A DNA stretch of 59,022 bases, counting the filler, from Porpidia crustulata (Eukaryota), in NCBI GenBank assembly GCA_964255105.1. It is 5 parts of 5 records of this genome, joined end to end, with 100 filler letters (N's around TTAATTAATTAA, not from the genome) between each part and the next. Parts side by side here need not be neighbours in the genome. Positions count along the whole stretch, not along the records: positions 47,311 to 59,022 come from CAXUWE010000613.1; 4 more parts are not named here. One strand, written 5' to 3'. Below are positions 47,311 through 59,022 of the stretch, in pieces. The notes under the pieces were generated by a model. The model saw nothing but the letters and a program-made list of their open reading frames with translations. It was not told where the DNA came from and made no database searches. The translations under genes and the position numbers were made by a program. Within the stretch, counting starts at the first letter, position 1. Each line of letters opens with the position of its first letter.

Positions 47311-48250
47311 GAGCGTGGGGGGGGAAGGGTGTTGTAAGATTTAAGGAGCCTCGTCTTGCATTTGAGTTACAGCGGGCGTAATATGGTGCATGGGAATGGC
47401 GTTGAACTGGAAATAGCCACAACAACACAATTCATGCTAGATATGAAATGCTACTTTCCACAAGCATATACGATCCTGCGATGCCGCCTCCAACCCTGGC
47501 ATAGCTACTTACCGAACATGCAAGTCTCAGGTATTACTCCGGCTGTCTCTATAAACCAAGACTCCATTGACCGCCTTAGATACCAGCGAACTTGAGACTT
47601 ACTCTTGAAAATGTATGGATATTTACTGCGCTGTTCAGATTCCGCCGAGGGCGATCAGGAAATCGATGGGCGCTGAGCTGAGATGGTGGTGATGGTGAGG
47701 ATAGGGTTTGAATTGGAAATGTGAGGGGTTGGAGATGGGTGGAGCTTTAATGGCTATTGAGGGAGGAACAACTATGGAAGAAAAGCTGGGAATGGAAAGG
47801 CGACTGTTGAGTGTGGAGTCGTGCTCTTGGATTGTGGATGGATGTGGAAATGATATATAGGGGTTTCATCTAGAATATTGGACCATTGTTGTTCATTATA
47901 ATTGTGAAATAACAGTAGTAGTAAGTGCAGTGTTTTTACACTTTTTAAAGCTTTTGAGTCTTTATGTTATCTTATGATTTTCGGTTGTATGAATATTTTT
48001 AGTTGAAGGATCGATCCTTCGTCCGCACGATCCGCTGTCAATCTTCTTCCCCTCATTCACCGACCACACATCTCGATAATGGTTCATGCTTGAACAAAGA
48101 CACGGTCTCGAGACTTTAAAGATTCAAAATACTGCCAACAGCTGCGATACTTTCAGAAGCCTAGCTTTCTGCTGGAGTCTACGTGTGGTGGTTGAAGTGG
48201 GGAGTCTCAATCGGATATTTTTCGGCCTCTGAACTGTTTGTCTCAGCAAA

Positions 48251-49556
48251 ATGTCTGGTCTCGATACTCTTCCATTAGAGATTCAACTGGCCATATTGAG
48301 CTATCTCGAAGGGGATCACTCATCAATATACGCACTAGCACTCGTCAGTCGCGGCCTGAGGCGACCATCACAACAATGTCTGGTCCAGCATGTTGAATTT
48401 AGATTTTGTACGCCCAGCGGCCATTATTCAAAATCGTTCAAGCTCTTCAAGCGTTTGCTTGACGGGAATGAAGCGATGGCACACTACGTCCAGAACGTCA
48501 CTGTACGTTGGTATACGACTAGTAAGTTTAGTGCAACAATAACCCAGGAGAAACCGAAGGCGTATACTCAAGTAAACGATCTACTGAGAAGGCTGCCGAA
48601 GGTACGGACGCTCAGTCTCTACATGCACAGGTTATCGCAGATCGCGTTCGATCCTACATTCCTTGATACAAATCGGATGCCTTTGCTACAAGATTTGATT
48701 CTGGATGATCGTAAAAGCACGGTCGAGCATGTTGCAATGTACCTGACGAAATCCTCTGTGCAAACGCTACAGCTGAAGTCAATCAGATTTCCAGTGCCTC
48801 TGAGTCGAAGCATCGTCGATGGACCCGTCTCTCGGACATCAGCGTTGTCAACACTGCATGCTGGTTCGTCCCAAATCCAGCCTTCCGTTCTTTCTGGTCT
48901 TCTTAGCTTCCCTAGAGCTCTTACAAGCCTCAATTGCTCTTTAGGCGGTGGTGAAACGGATTTTTCGCCAGCAGCTGTTATCCGGATGCTGGATCCCGCC
49001 AAACACTCATTGATTGAATTAGATCTATCGATAGACTTGAAATACTGGCGTGGTCATGATAAGACGCGTATGGATTTAAGTCATTTCCTTGCCCTCAAGC
49101 GATTGCGTATGCCAGCTTCATGTCTATTTCCAGCGCCAGTACCGCAGGGGAAGGAACGTGACGATTTGTGGGCTTTACTTCCGAGTACAATTGAAGAGAT
49201 AGATGTCAGTCTCCCCAAATACCTATTAACCTCCAAAGCAAAGTAATTGATGGCTGACACCAGTCCTTCAGATTTCATTCAGCTGTGGCTGGTTATTCCT
49301 CGACGTAATTGAAGATCCTTGCATTATCAATGGTCCTTTACCATCTACAATTAATTGGCTGGCCGAGCTTGCAAGACACAAAGTCAGCTCACTGCACAAT
49401 CTGCGGCGGATTCACGTTGAACAATTCCGGCGTCATTCCAGATCCCTTCCATATCGCAAGATCGGGTGGACTCCGTCGACAGACTTACAGGATGCAGTCC
49501 ATGCGAATGATGTTCTTTTGACGGTAGACTTGTGGGACCAACGTATATACCCATAG
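48251..49556 (+). CDS. F-box-like protein with leucine-rich-repeat-like C-terminal region, 2 exons
   Basis: N-terminal LDTLPLEIQLAILSYL...LALVSRGLR and repeated L..L.L segments (LPKVRTLSL, LQDLIL, LTSLNC, LIELDL, LKRLRM). Intron 49205-49271 restores a 95-codon last exon. Confidence 0.78.
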
Positions 49557-50779
49557 ACTGACTATCGGTTTGCTGGATCTATGTAGGTGCGACTCATTCC
49601 TATATCTCTTTTAATGAGACACTTGACTTATAATTACAAGTATGAATAATACTAGATAGGTCTCATGCTCGAATTATCCTGATCATATACTGATCGTGAA
49701 CTTGGAGATAGGATGCTCTGAGACCGAAAGATACCTAAAATTGACGCGCGCCCATATCTAATCATTCAGTTCACGTTGAAAGTCATGTAGTCTCGTGGTT
49801 GACAGCCCTTCTATAGATTAGGGTTACATTTTCCAGATACAAGACTGCATTCCGAATATCTCTAGCGATACCAACAGCGATGAAAGATTGATCATCAAAG
49901 CATCAACCCGGGCTTACGACAACGTTCTGATTTCTTTCATATTTCAGTTGAGTATGAATGCCTAGGGCCTTCTGTCTCCCCCTCGTGATCTGTCGTGGAA
50001 ATCAAGGGTCACATTCATCAAACGCAACACAAGACGGCTTTGAAGCCACCTGCTCAGCGAATAAGAGGCAGACCCCTTGGCTGATGAGAACTTGATACCG
50101 TTGTCCATTGCCCAAATTCCACTTAGAGACCCGTACGCACCTTTACATCCTGATCATACCTCGTATCATAAGTTGACTACCATGCTGAGATGAAAAGAAA
50201 ACAAATTCCCGTTACTTGCCTACCAGTCATGCTTGGGAAACCGTCAGTTTCGTAAAACGAACATGCGTATCGGATATTTAGTTTTTCATGAGTGGCACGA
50301 ACCAGGTAAAAGACTGCTTGGAATCAGCCTATCCACAGGGAGTGTCAAACGTCATGGGACCACTTCGATAGGGGTGTCACGCTTAAGAGGGCTATTGAGT
50401 TTTGATGTCCCTTGGTGGTCGAATCTTGACGTCGAAGTCTGGCTGTTCCGTGCGATTTTTTCAGGATGCTGAAGCGGATTTGTGGATTGGAGATTGGAGA
50501 GTCGATGTTATTCCCGAGTGAGATAGTAACAGGCACACAAAGCCGCTCATCGTCTCAACGCAAAAATCCCTCAATCCCGAACTCTCCCTATCTAGTATTC
50601 TATCACTCCATCGAAAATGTTATTCATCGCCCTCTCATCATCTCAAAAAGCTTATTTTTCAAAGAGTTCTGATCCTTGTTCACGACTTTTTCACCGCCAC
50701 GGCTTTGTTTAACCCTCTCTCTTATTCACTTATCCCACCAGCGCAAAATACTGAGTCATTCCATCACATCTCTCATCAG

Positions 50780-51480
50780 GATTCAGCATCAAATTCTAGT
50801 ATTGACGTCTTATGGAATTTCCCAAACAAATGGCTGAGACAGAAATTATATTCCAAAAATGGGAAAGAGAGCTCTGTATTATAATAATGAGATGCAGAAA
50901 GAATTTTGAACAGTACATTTAAGGTATGGAAAGGAAAAACCGGATGTACGGTTTCTTCATATGGAGGCAGCCATCCACATTTTCGCCATCAGAAATTTCG
51001 ACAGCGCCAGTACCATAAGAACCGTTGTCTACTGTCGACGGATTTGTGAAAAACAATGAAGCATTAGATCAAAAGGATTCTCTAATACTCTAGAGACAAC
51101 AGTATTCTACGAGAAATCAAGATAATCTTTATGATAATCATTAGCGTTAACCATTTCCACGCTGTAGTAATAGGAAAGGCTATAAAGAGACATCGGCGAA
51201 CGATGATGGTTTCGGAGAAAAGATCGAGGGTGTGGTGGTGAGGATCTGGCTTGTGAGACAGAAAGGACGGGAAACGGGATAGACTGAGGAACTCTTCTGA
51301 AAAGTAGATTCGAAACTCCATGGAAAACCCTTGCAAGAAATCGAAAAGGAATTGATCAAATTACCGTCATTCGAGACTGAAAGAACATTAAGAAATCAAA
51401 CTTTTCAAAAGGGTTGGAAAGTTTCAAGGATCGTAACGCAGACCGGTTCATCCATTCTGAAATATGGGAAAAGGATCTGA
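50780..51480 (+). mobile_element. Highly degenerate Ty1/copia-like retrotransposon remnant (integrase to RT start)
   Basis: AT-rich and stop-ridden. Fragments in copia order: SQTNG (cf. PQQNG), MQKEF* (cf. LPKEFW, TGG>TGA), VWKGK/KPDVRFL (cf. W.GKKPDVSHL), EIEKELIKL and FKDRNAD (cf. FK.KRNADG). Boundaries are approximate. Confidence 0.45.
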
Positions 51481-52448
51481 GCATGGGTCAATGAAGATGA
51501 GACGAGGATACGGAAAGAAGAAGTTGTAAATGTAAAAGATCATGATTTTATAAAGAACATGTCAAGGAATGAGGGAAAACGAGTTCATATTCGTAGATAT
51601 AAGATCTACGAGACCGAAATCAACCGTAAGCACTCCCAAGATCATGTTGAGCACCTTCATCTTAACGAATTCATATATCTATCTAAGAACAACCGCAAAT
51701 GAGTGATCTCATAATCTCCCTATCCCCAAAGGATACCCCGCTAGCTTAATGTCTGGGAGCGTCGTGATCTTACTCGTGGTCGAACCAGGGGTTTCCCGCG
51801 AACGTAAATTCTCCCAGGGATGCGGAAGCTTAATGATACCAAGGACCCTAATGCAAAAGCTCCAATTGCTTCAAAAAATGGTAGATTGGAGCATATTGTT
51901 AAACGCTGATGTCGCTATGACTCCGCAAATCTCGAGTATCAGATGCCTGAACCGATGTGAGCGTCGTTTCGGGCATGAGGTATACAATGTTTCCAAACTG
52001 ACAATGCTTATTATGGGCAGACAAACGAGTTTAGACTTTGCTCGTTTGCTAACGATTCCCGTACGTACTGATATAAAAGCCTGGACCATCATATGTGTCA
52101 TTGATAGGGAGAAACTTTCTCGCAATTCAAGCATGACGGCTTACACGAACCCGATCGATGTTTTCGTATTACCGGCGCATTTAGTCTGTTTTTCTACAAG
52201 AAACTCGAGACGGACGGCAGAGGCAAGAAAGAAGCAATACAACTGCAGGACAAGAAAAAAGATCAAGAGAAAACGGGGAAAGAGAGGTAAGAAATGGTTT
52301 TCTATCGAAGGGTGTTCTCTCCCAAGTTCCACAGCGAACGCTTTCATTACTGACAAAAACAACCAGCTAGCCACGGTCTAAACCGATAAATGAATAAACT
52401 AACCTACCAACCAAACCCCTTCCTCTCGACCCCTCGAAATGTTCCCAA

Positions 52449-53540
52449 TCACCGATTCGCCGCTTGAAATAAACCAAGTACCTGATCCCTAGTCACATCG
52501 CTGGGTGCCTTGACGACAAAATTCCTGGGCAAGCCCAATTTGAAACCCCGAGACTGCAGTCCCCTGACGAAATCCACCCCCAAAAAACACCCACCCGTAT
52601 GGTACGCGTCCGAGAAATCCAGCGTCAGATCCTCCAGCCCCGTAAACCTGTCATTCCACGCGATCGTGTGCAATTTGTGCCACCAGACGTGTCACAGCCG
52701 CGCCTCGGGTCGAAGGAGAGAAGCATGCGTTGGTATCGCGAATGTCGAGTTCAAGAACGGCGCGGTGAATTCGATTTCGGCCATGTCTTGGAAGGTGAAG
52801 CGAACCTCGATGGACTTGATCATACTGATGGCAGCGCGCTGGGCCTCGTTCGTTAGAAAGGACATTGTGTCGAGAGCGAGTCCGTCACCTATGACCCAAG
52901 TGTTGCCGGACAAGTACTTCTCGCGGTATTTGGCGTGGAGTTTGCGGTTGAAAGCGGAGAACGGGCTTGGGATTGAGGGGCGGAACACCCGATTAGAGTC
53001 GCTGGATTGGCTGTCAGACTTTGGGATCTTGGATGTAAAGATTTTCCCGGGAAGAGCAAAACCGTCGCAGAGTTCCTCGACAATCATCATCTGAAGCTTC
53101 TCGGGAAGATTTTGGATACGGGTCTGTGTCTCGAGCCATCCAGAATCCAGGTTCGCTTCTCCCTTGCTTGTTTCCGTATGCACAAGGGCTGAACTCGTAT
53201 CATCATCATTGCACACGTGCCGAGAGGGGGTTTTACTCGGCTGATCATCGTAGATTGTGTCTAAATTAGACCTAGACGCTGCCAGAAATTTCTGGAAATG
53301 ATAATCGTTCATCATGTTGAACCTGACCCAAAGGTATGCGAGCTGTTTCCGGCTCATCCGTGCGAAGGGCATCCTCAGCCGATTGATCTGATCATCCGAC
53401 ATCGTGGAAACAGCAATGTATAGCTGGATCTGCTTCCCAGACGGCAAATTCCGCAATAGCCAAGCGATTGCACTCTCTTTGCAGAATTCATGTTGGCTCT
53501 TGGAACTGAGTTTCGCCATCTTATTCAAAGGATATTTCAT
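52449..53540 (-). pseudogene. Hypothetical protein gene (F-box-like RIQNLPEKL segment) interrupted by one in-frame TGA
   Basis: ORFs 52692-53540 and 52449-52673 are in the same frame, separated only by TGA at 52692-52694 (EARL*HVWWHKL). Both halves align with the neighbouring paralog. Confidence 0.7.
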
Positions 53541-54263
53541 GGTTCGAGTAGGATAGCAGGTCGTCCGAAGGCTACTACAAATCGAAACGATCTCGGAGTA
53601 GTCGTTGAAGATTATGTGGAACTAGGCGAGTAGGGAGCGGATAGAGACATCTCGCAGATTGAAGAACACTTGACATCTTTATAGTCGTAGACATGAATCT
53701 GGATATGTACCATTGTTCAAATTCATTCTGGTCGAGAACAGCAACCGCACATTCACATTGTCCCTCTCTTGTTGTCGATGTGTCGGTCATTCTTTGATGC
53801 TCATTTCAACAAAGAAGAGTTCAACAAAGCTCAGCACAATCTCTGTGACTGAACAATCATCACTGTGATAGTGCAACACTTAGTATGCCGTGTTGACGCT
53901 TTTGTAGCGGTTACGTTCACAATGTCTCCGAAATGGAATTTCATAGCAACATTCCCGAGAGAATTATTTTACTGAGGGGCAAAAGAAGAACAATAAAACA
54001 AAAATCACTTGACATTCGCAGCGCCAATAGGATTTGAACCTGTTATGAATTTGAAATTATAATCCGCTAACAATAGAGAGGGACACGTTCATGCGAATCA
54101 ACACAACACCAGAAAATATCTGGCCGACGTCCTGAAATACATGAAACGGGTTTATCGAGGCATGCAAATTGTGAGATAAAGCTTTATAGATGACGGTTGG
54201 AGATGATATTCGTGGCAGATAATCTTAAGGACATGTTTGGAACTGTATGGGACGCTAAACGAT

Positions 54264-55322
54264 TCACGATAAGATCGCGAGAATCTCAGTTCTCCATGCC
54301 TCAGTGGGTGCTAAAACCACAAAGCGCTGAGGGAGGCCGTGGATGAAGCTCGGTAAAGTCTTCGCTACCTCGACTCCTAGGAACGTACCATCTAGACCAA
54401 AGGTCTCGGTCATATCCAACGTCATGCTGTTGAGTCGAAGTAAGGCTACTTGGTTCCATTTTTGAAGCTACAGGTCCTTGAGTTGAGCCACCACATCATC
54501 ATTTGTATTCAATCGGGCCATAGCTTCTTCGAGGCCTTGGTCGATGCTTTTGGCAGACTCGCTCGACAGCAGCTTCCGCTCTACGCTCAGATCGTAGATT
54601 GTGAACCGTAAGCTCACAGAAAGGATGTTCCAAAGCTGAATCATTGGCAATTCGTACAAGAGATCTGTAGAGACATTTGGTGAACCGTCGTCAATGACCC
54701 AGATGAGGCCGCTTTGTATGGGTTCAAGTTAGTCGATGGGTAAACCCTTCAGCTGAAGCATCGACGATAGGAGAAATTGGGGAGCGCTCGTCTCACGAAT
54801 CGCATCAAACATACCATCAGGGAGATTGTGGATTCGCAATATTAATCCCTAAGCATCGCCGGGCTTAGAGGGGAGATGCCGGCATTGGCCAACTTCTATG
54901 TCGGCACAGATCTTCAGCAATCTCCAAAAGCAAGGTAATGAGCAGCCAAGAAGAATCCGAACGAGGATATGATACTGCTCATCTGTGAGCTTTGCGAAGA
55001 ATGTCCGAACGCCTTCAATCTTCAGTCTCGCGTCATCAAACAAGAACCTGATCAGTGAAAACCTCTTACGCTTGTCGCTGAGGTCTAAAATCAATTTTTC
55101 GGTTGCAAAGGGCTTGGTGTTGAACAAATTGATAAGAATCGTCGAGAGCTCCTTGACCACAGATTCAACGTCGGTGTTACCAGTACTGCATTTGCCAACG
55201 TTACCAGCCGTTCTTGGTCCTTCGCATATCGTCAAATCATTGAGTATGGTCGTAATAGCCAGGATAGAACGCTCAACACTTGGATCCGTGGCATTCTTCA
55301 TCGAGGTCTGAGATGTAGACAT
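54264..55322 (-). pseudogene. Tandem paralog of 52449-53540 with three in-frame stops and an internal deletion
   Basis: A single frame carries RIHNLPD, WVIDDG, SVSLRFTIYDL, MTLDMTETFGLDGTFLGVEV and GLPQRFVVLAPT, matching RIQNLPE, WVIGDG, SIEVRFTFQDM, LTLDFSDAYHTGGCFLGVDF and GLPRNFVVKAPS. Stops at 54849-51 (TAG), 54729-31 (TAA) and 54468-70 (TAG). Confidence 0.75.
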
Positions 55323-56451
55323 TTAAGCTATTCGCTGGAATGTTGGTGGTATGTAGAACCTAGTGTGTAAGTTTCTAAGAGCATACCCGGGGTGATCTCC
55401 AAGTCATAAATCGAGTAGTCTTAAAATCGTTCATTGTCTGAGTAAGTAGTAGACTTTAATACTGAGAACAAACGCTGCTTTTCTCCTTTGTATGGGATAA
55501 AGAGTATGAGAATATTAATTTGACAGGACACAAAGGACTTAGACCGCAATCTCGCTTCGCTTATGACGATTATAATAACTGCAAATTGAGAGCTCATCCG
55601 AAGCTGAGAAAGAGAAATCCGAAGGTGCGCCGTAATTTAGTCTGTAGCCGTAGGACTCTGATTCTACTGATAAGTAAGATATACCAGGTGGAGTTCACGC
55701 CTATGCCATTCTGCAACGAGCAGTACCCCATCGGCTGACAGCTGATAGTGTTTTCTCATGTGGACTTTGGTATTTTCCGAAAGTAACAAGGGGTTTACTG
55801 GTATGTGCGGCAAGTTCTCCGGTGATATTTCCGATCTAAATTTACTGCATAGAGATGGCTTGATGACAGCCGAAGTATGGAATACAAATCAGGTTCCATT
55901 AGTGACAAAGCACTGATGCCTCTACTCGTCCAAACAAGATCAATGACTTACGATTCCGTAGTGCTGTCAGAATTGAAAGAGCACCTACCTATGCCTTGTG
56001 TGCATGACGATGAATGAGCCTAGCCAGCCTAGCCTTCATAGCTCGACTTCATCTTAGGACTGAGGGATATTGGAATTTTCAAGTCTTCGATTAAGGCAAA
56101 GACAGATGATGAGTGAAAGCTTAGAGTCACTTAGATCTCGATTAAAAGCAAGTGATTTTATAACTGGGTTATTAGCAAAGGGTTTTGCGCAGATGCAGAC
56201 TGGACTTTGAGTGACCTACTTTAATAGATCCGAATTTCATAAAATCCTCAAGTGTACAAGATTCGATCGCTAAATTCTCTCGCTGACTGATACAGTTACT
56301 AACTTTCGGTGGTGTAAGTTCGTGTAGGAAGGCGCACTGAGGACTGGCGGGGGAATGGATAAGTCCATTGCTTGTTGTAATATACTCCTCGCCATATTTT
56401 CATCTTTGGCAGTGGGTATTTGAGTTATCGTCGCTCCGCGCTATCAAGAGA

Positions 56452-58872
56452 TCACAGCATACTTGCCCTCCTGCTCTCATCGGCGCCTCCCGTCCGACTT
56501 CCTGAATTGCCATGCACAACCGATGGTTTGACTCTAGATCCGACAAACCCCCTTCTATTCCGGCCAGTTCGACCCCGTCCTAGCCAGTTGAGTTTTAGGG
56601 TCTTTGCCAAATCTTCCATCTTGACCTGCGCATCGTCGGCACTTTGGACGCTTGCTAGTACACTCACACATTGCAGCATCCTTCCCACGGTTTCGGTGAC
56701 TTGCGAGCTGTCCGGCTGCATCTGTCTCCTTGCTGGTGATGGGGCAAATGGTGGTAGATCAGGAGTAGACAGGTTCGATGTGGCCCTACTTCTTGCACCA
56801 GCCGTATCTCCAAGTAGGGTCGAGCCTTGAGAATTGTAGCTCGCCAAGGCAGGATCTAGGCTTGCTGCTGTGCCAGGCCGGCCGTTAAGATTTGGGCTTT
56901 CGTTGACCATATTGACACTCGCATTGATACTATCTAAGCGAAGGCGCGAGAACGTTGCCTTCAATGAGTCATGACGAGGCAAGATGACATTATCCCGGTA
57001 TGACATCAGCACAATCCTCCTCACGTCAAATTCATTTCCGAATGCATTTTCGGTGGAATCGGGGTTTGCACCCCAGAACTCAGCGGCATCCTGCGGCGAC
57101 AAGATGGTGCCATGGCCCTTGAATTCAAGGTCGAGTGGCAGGAAGACAGCTTGCATGTATGGCAAGACTACTCCAAATACGTGAAGCCAGATGTTGACAA
57201 GTTGAGTGACCAGGCCCTGGTCAGGTATGCCTCTTAGCGACTGGTCCAGTGATAGAAACCCAGTTTGAAGCATGTCACGAAGATCATCGATAATCATAGT
57301 GGGAAGGCGCTTTGTTACACACCGCTGGATGTTTATCGATACAAGTCTATTGAGATCTTCGACTGGAGTGCGTAGCTCTTCGCCCTCAAACACGATCAGA
57401 ATCTTGGCTTTTAAAAAATCCCAAGCATCTTCAGGAGTCATGTTGTTCAAACCAAACCCCTGCAACGTTGACTGGCTAGGCATTTCCGTTGGATAAGTAG
57501 TTCCAAAAGATGCGTTCCCAGGAGCGGAAGTGCTCAAGTTTGTGAAAGGGTCAGCCTCTGGTCGTTTGACGTCAAAAGGTGGGATCGCTGCCGCTTTCTC
57601 CTCTTTTTTCTTTTCTCGTAGTGCTCGGCCTCCATGGCGAAGGTCTAAACCGCTCACCGATTTTGCAAATGACGTTGCTGTTGGGCCCGGAGACGCCGGC
57701 GCAAATGAGTACAATGACTGCGGTGCACTAGGGTCTAGGGGCTTAGAGTTGCTGGATGCAGACGACAAGGGCAGAGAATGGTCATCCATCTTGTCTCTGA
57801 GTTTGTTCTTCTGGCGGGATAGAAAGTGGTGCTTATGAGCTTTCTCCTTTTCTTTCTCCTTCTCGTAGTTGATAGGGACCAGAGTCGACGTCGATGTGTT
57901 ATTAGTAGAATATATGGAAGAAGTACCCCCAGTTACCATTAAATCAGCGAGGCTTGTCACAGAGGGATTGATCAATTTCGAAAGTCCGCTTGATCCGGAT
58001 GGGCCCATTTTATTTGGTGACGGTAGAGGTCTGTCCTTGTGATCGGCTTCCTTATTGATGGATATCCCCAATTGCTTTGGTTTCGAAAAAAGCTTTATCT
58101 TAGATCTCTCGGTCTTGAGCTTGTGCTCCTTCTCCGCAGGCGCTTGGAATGTTGTTAATCCGGGTGAGAGCTGAGGTGTCCGAGGAAAAGCAGCATTCGC
58201 GGCAGTCGTAGCTGCAGCTGTATTCCCTCCAACGAGTCCATTGTAATATTGTTGCGTCGGCGTACCAGGACCGCTTGGCATTTTCGAAGGATCACGGACA
58301 GTCTGTATAGGTGGAGGTTTACGCCTTCCAGTTATAGGCTCTGGGGGGGCCTGAGGGCTTGGAACGGTCTGGGAACGTTTCCGGGCATGCTGGTTGGACG
58401 GTTGATGTTGCATGGCAGCCTGTGCGGCTATCTGAGAGGCATTAAGCTTGGCCATTGCTGCATGGTTTGTCGACGTAGCTGAAGGAAGGGACGGCTCGAA
58501 GAAACCCTGAGAGTGTTGCCTTTTGTGTCTTTGCAAATCTGGCCCGATTAAGGGAGAGCCCTTCCGAGGAGGCAGATCGCTATTAGCATGCGGTACTGTT
58601 GGTCTTGAGAAATTATTGACTGAAGTGGTACTGGAATTTGAATTGGAACGTGGGTAGAAAGGCGGTCGAGGCGACGCATACTGTTGTTGTTGCGCATTGA
58701 CAGGCCTTTTGTCAATAGACAAAGTGGTCACTTGCGACGAGCTGGACGAGTCACTTTCGGAAGGATCGGTGCTGGCAGGGCGCCTTTGGGAAGGGTCTGA
58801 GGGGGTAGATGGTCTGGGAGAGAAAGCGCCAGGGCGCCGATACGTTGAGGAATTCATATTGAAGGTACACAC
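56452..58872 (-). CDS. hbrB: HbrB-domain protein (Bit61/PRR5-like TORC2-associated)
   Basis: 806-aa ORF. Ser/Pro-rich N-terminus, then DAWDFLKAKILIVFEGEELRTPVEDLNRLV...WLHVFGVVLPYMQAVFLPLD...SYRDNVILP...RMLQCVSVLASVQS.D..Q, typical of the HbrB family. The start may be ATG 58857. Confidence 0.85.
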   Translation of the reverse strand: MCTFNMNSSTYRRPGAFSPRPSTPSDPSQRRPASTDPSESDSSSSSQVTTLSIDKRPVNAQQQQYASPRPPFYPRSNSNSSTTSVNNFSRPTVPHANSDLPPRKGSPLIGPDLQRHKRQHSQGFFEPSLPSATSTNHAAMAKLNASQIAAQAAMQHQPSNQHARKRSQTVPSPQAPPEPITGRRKPPPIQTVRDPSKMPSGPGTPTQQYYNGLVGGNTAAATTAANAAFPRTPQLSPGLTTFQAPAEKEHKLKTERSKIKLFSKPKQLGISINKEADHKDRPLPSPNKMGPSGSSGLSKLINPSVTSLADLMVTGGTSSIYSTNNTSTSTLVPINYEKEKEKEKAHKHHFLSRQKNKLRDKMDDHSLPLSSASSNSKPLDPSAPQSLYSFAPASPGPTATSFAKSVSGLDLRHGGRALREKKKEEKAAAIPPFDVKRPEADPFTNLSTSAPGNASFGTTYPTEMPSQSTLQGFGLNNMTPEDAWDFLKAKILIVFEGEELRTPVEDLNRLVSINIQRCVTKRLPTMIIDDLRDMLQTGFLSLDQSLRGIPDQGLVTQLVNIWLHVFGVVLPYMQAVFLPLDLEFKGHGTILSPQDAAEFWGANPDSTENAFGNEFDVRRIVLMSYRDNVILPRHDSLKATFSRLRLDSINASVNMVNESPNLNGRPGTAASLDPALASYNSQGSTLLGDTAGARSRATSNLSTPDLPPFAPSPARRQMQPDSSQVTETVGRMLQCVSVLASVQSADDAQVKMEDLAKTLKLNWLGRGRTGRNRRGFVGSRVKPSVVHGNSGSRTGGADESRRASML

Positions 58873-59022
58873 ATGTAGCCTTCATGCTGATTCCATGGAA
58901 CTAGCCCAAGCCAGCGGAGGATACGACGTGCATTGGGAACATACGGGCTCTACAATGACTTATTTCTTATGAGAGATGTCGAACATTGCAAAGTGCGAGC
59001 CCGGGAAACGCGTCCAACCCAT

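Noticed and set aside
51749..52381. 210-aa ORF downstream of the TE relic
   Set aside because: No recognisable motif and the basic tail derives from a purine-rich tract; cannot be supported as a gene.
54712..54814. GTATGT...CTAAC...AAG intron-like signal that might remove the TAA in the second paralog
   Set aside because: Splicing would shift the frame away from the conserved WVIDDG block, and two other stops remain.

Overview
Eukaryotic DNA from a filamentous ascomycete (Pezizomycotina): GT..CTRAC..AG introns and fungal housekeeping genes. A lichen-forming Lecanoromycete-like source is my inference only. The window is not one locus. Four identical 100-nt linkers (44 N + TTAATTAATTAA + 44 N) join five size-sorted contigs of about 11.7 kb. 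Contig 1: Ayg1-like hydrolase, a small hypothetical gene, Ish1/Msc1-like ER protein and a D-2-hydroxyacid dehydrogenase. Contig 2: DRS1, a GNAT protein, ARL2 and a large gelsolin-repeat protein. Contig 3: an ArfGAP-like 3' end, SFT1, then the most interesting region, a tandemly repeated head-to-head two-gene module. Each module pairs an acidic coiled-coil protein of unknown function with a DUF6590-like protein whose conserved motifs line up with the PemK/MazF endoribonuclease fold. There are two complete modules plus a third DUF6590-like gene with a possibly decayed partner, making it a candidate fungal toxin-antidote or allorecognition system. Contig 4: an APH-like pseudogene, a Ser/Pro-rich hypothetical gene and a RAD53-like kinase with an unusual GxWD repeat insertion. 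Contig 5: an F-box-like gene, a decayed copia-like remnant, two tandem paralogs interrupted by nonsense codons, and a HbrB/Bit61-like gene. All family assignments come from motif recognition, not database searches.
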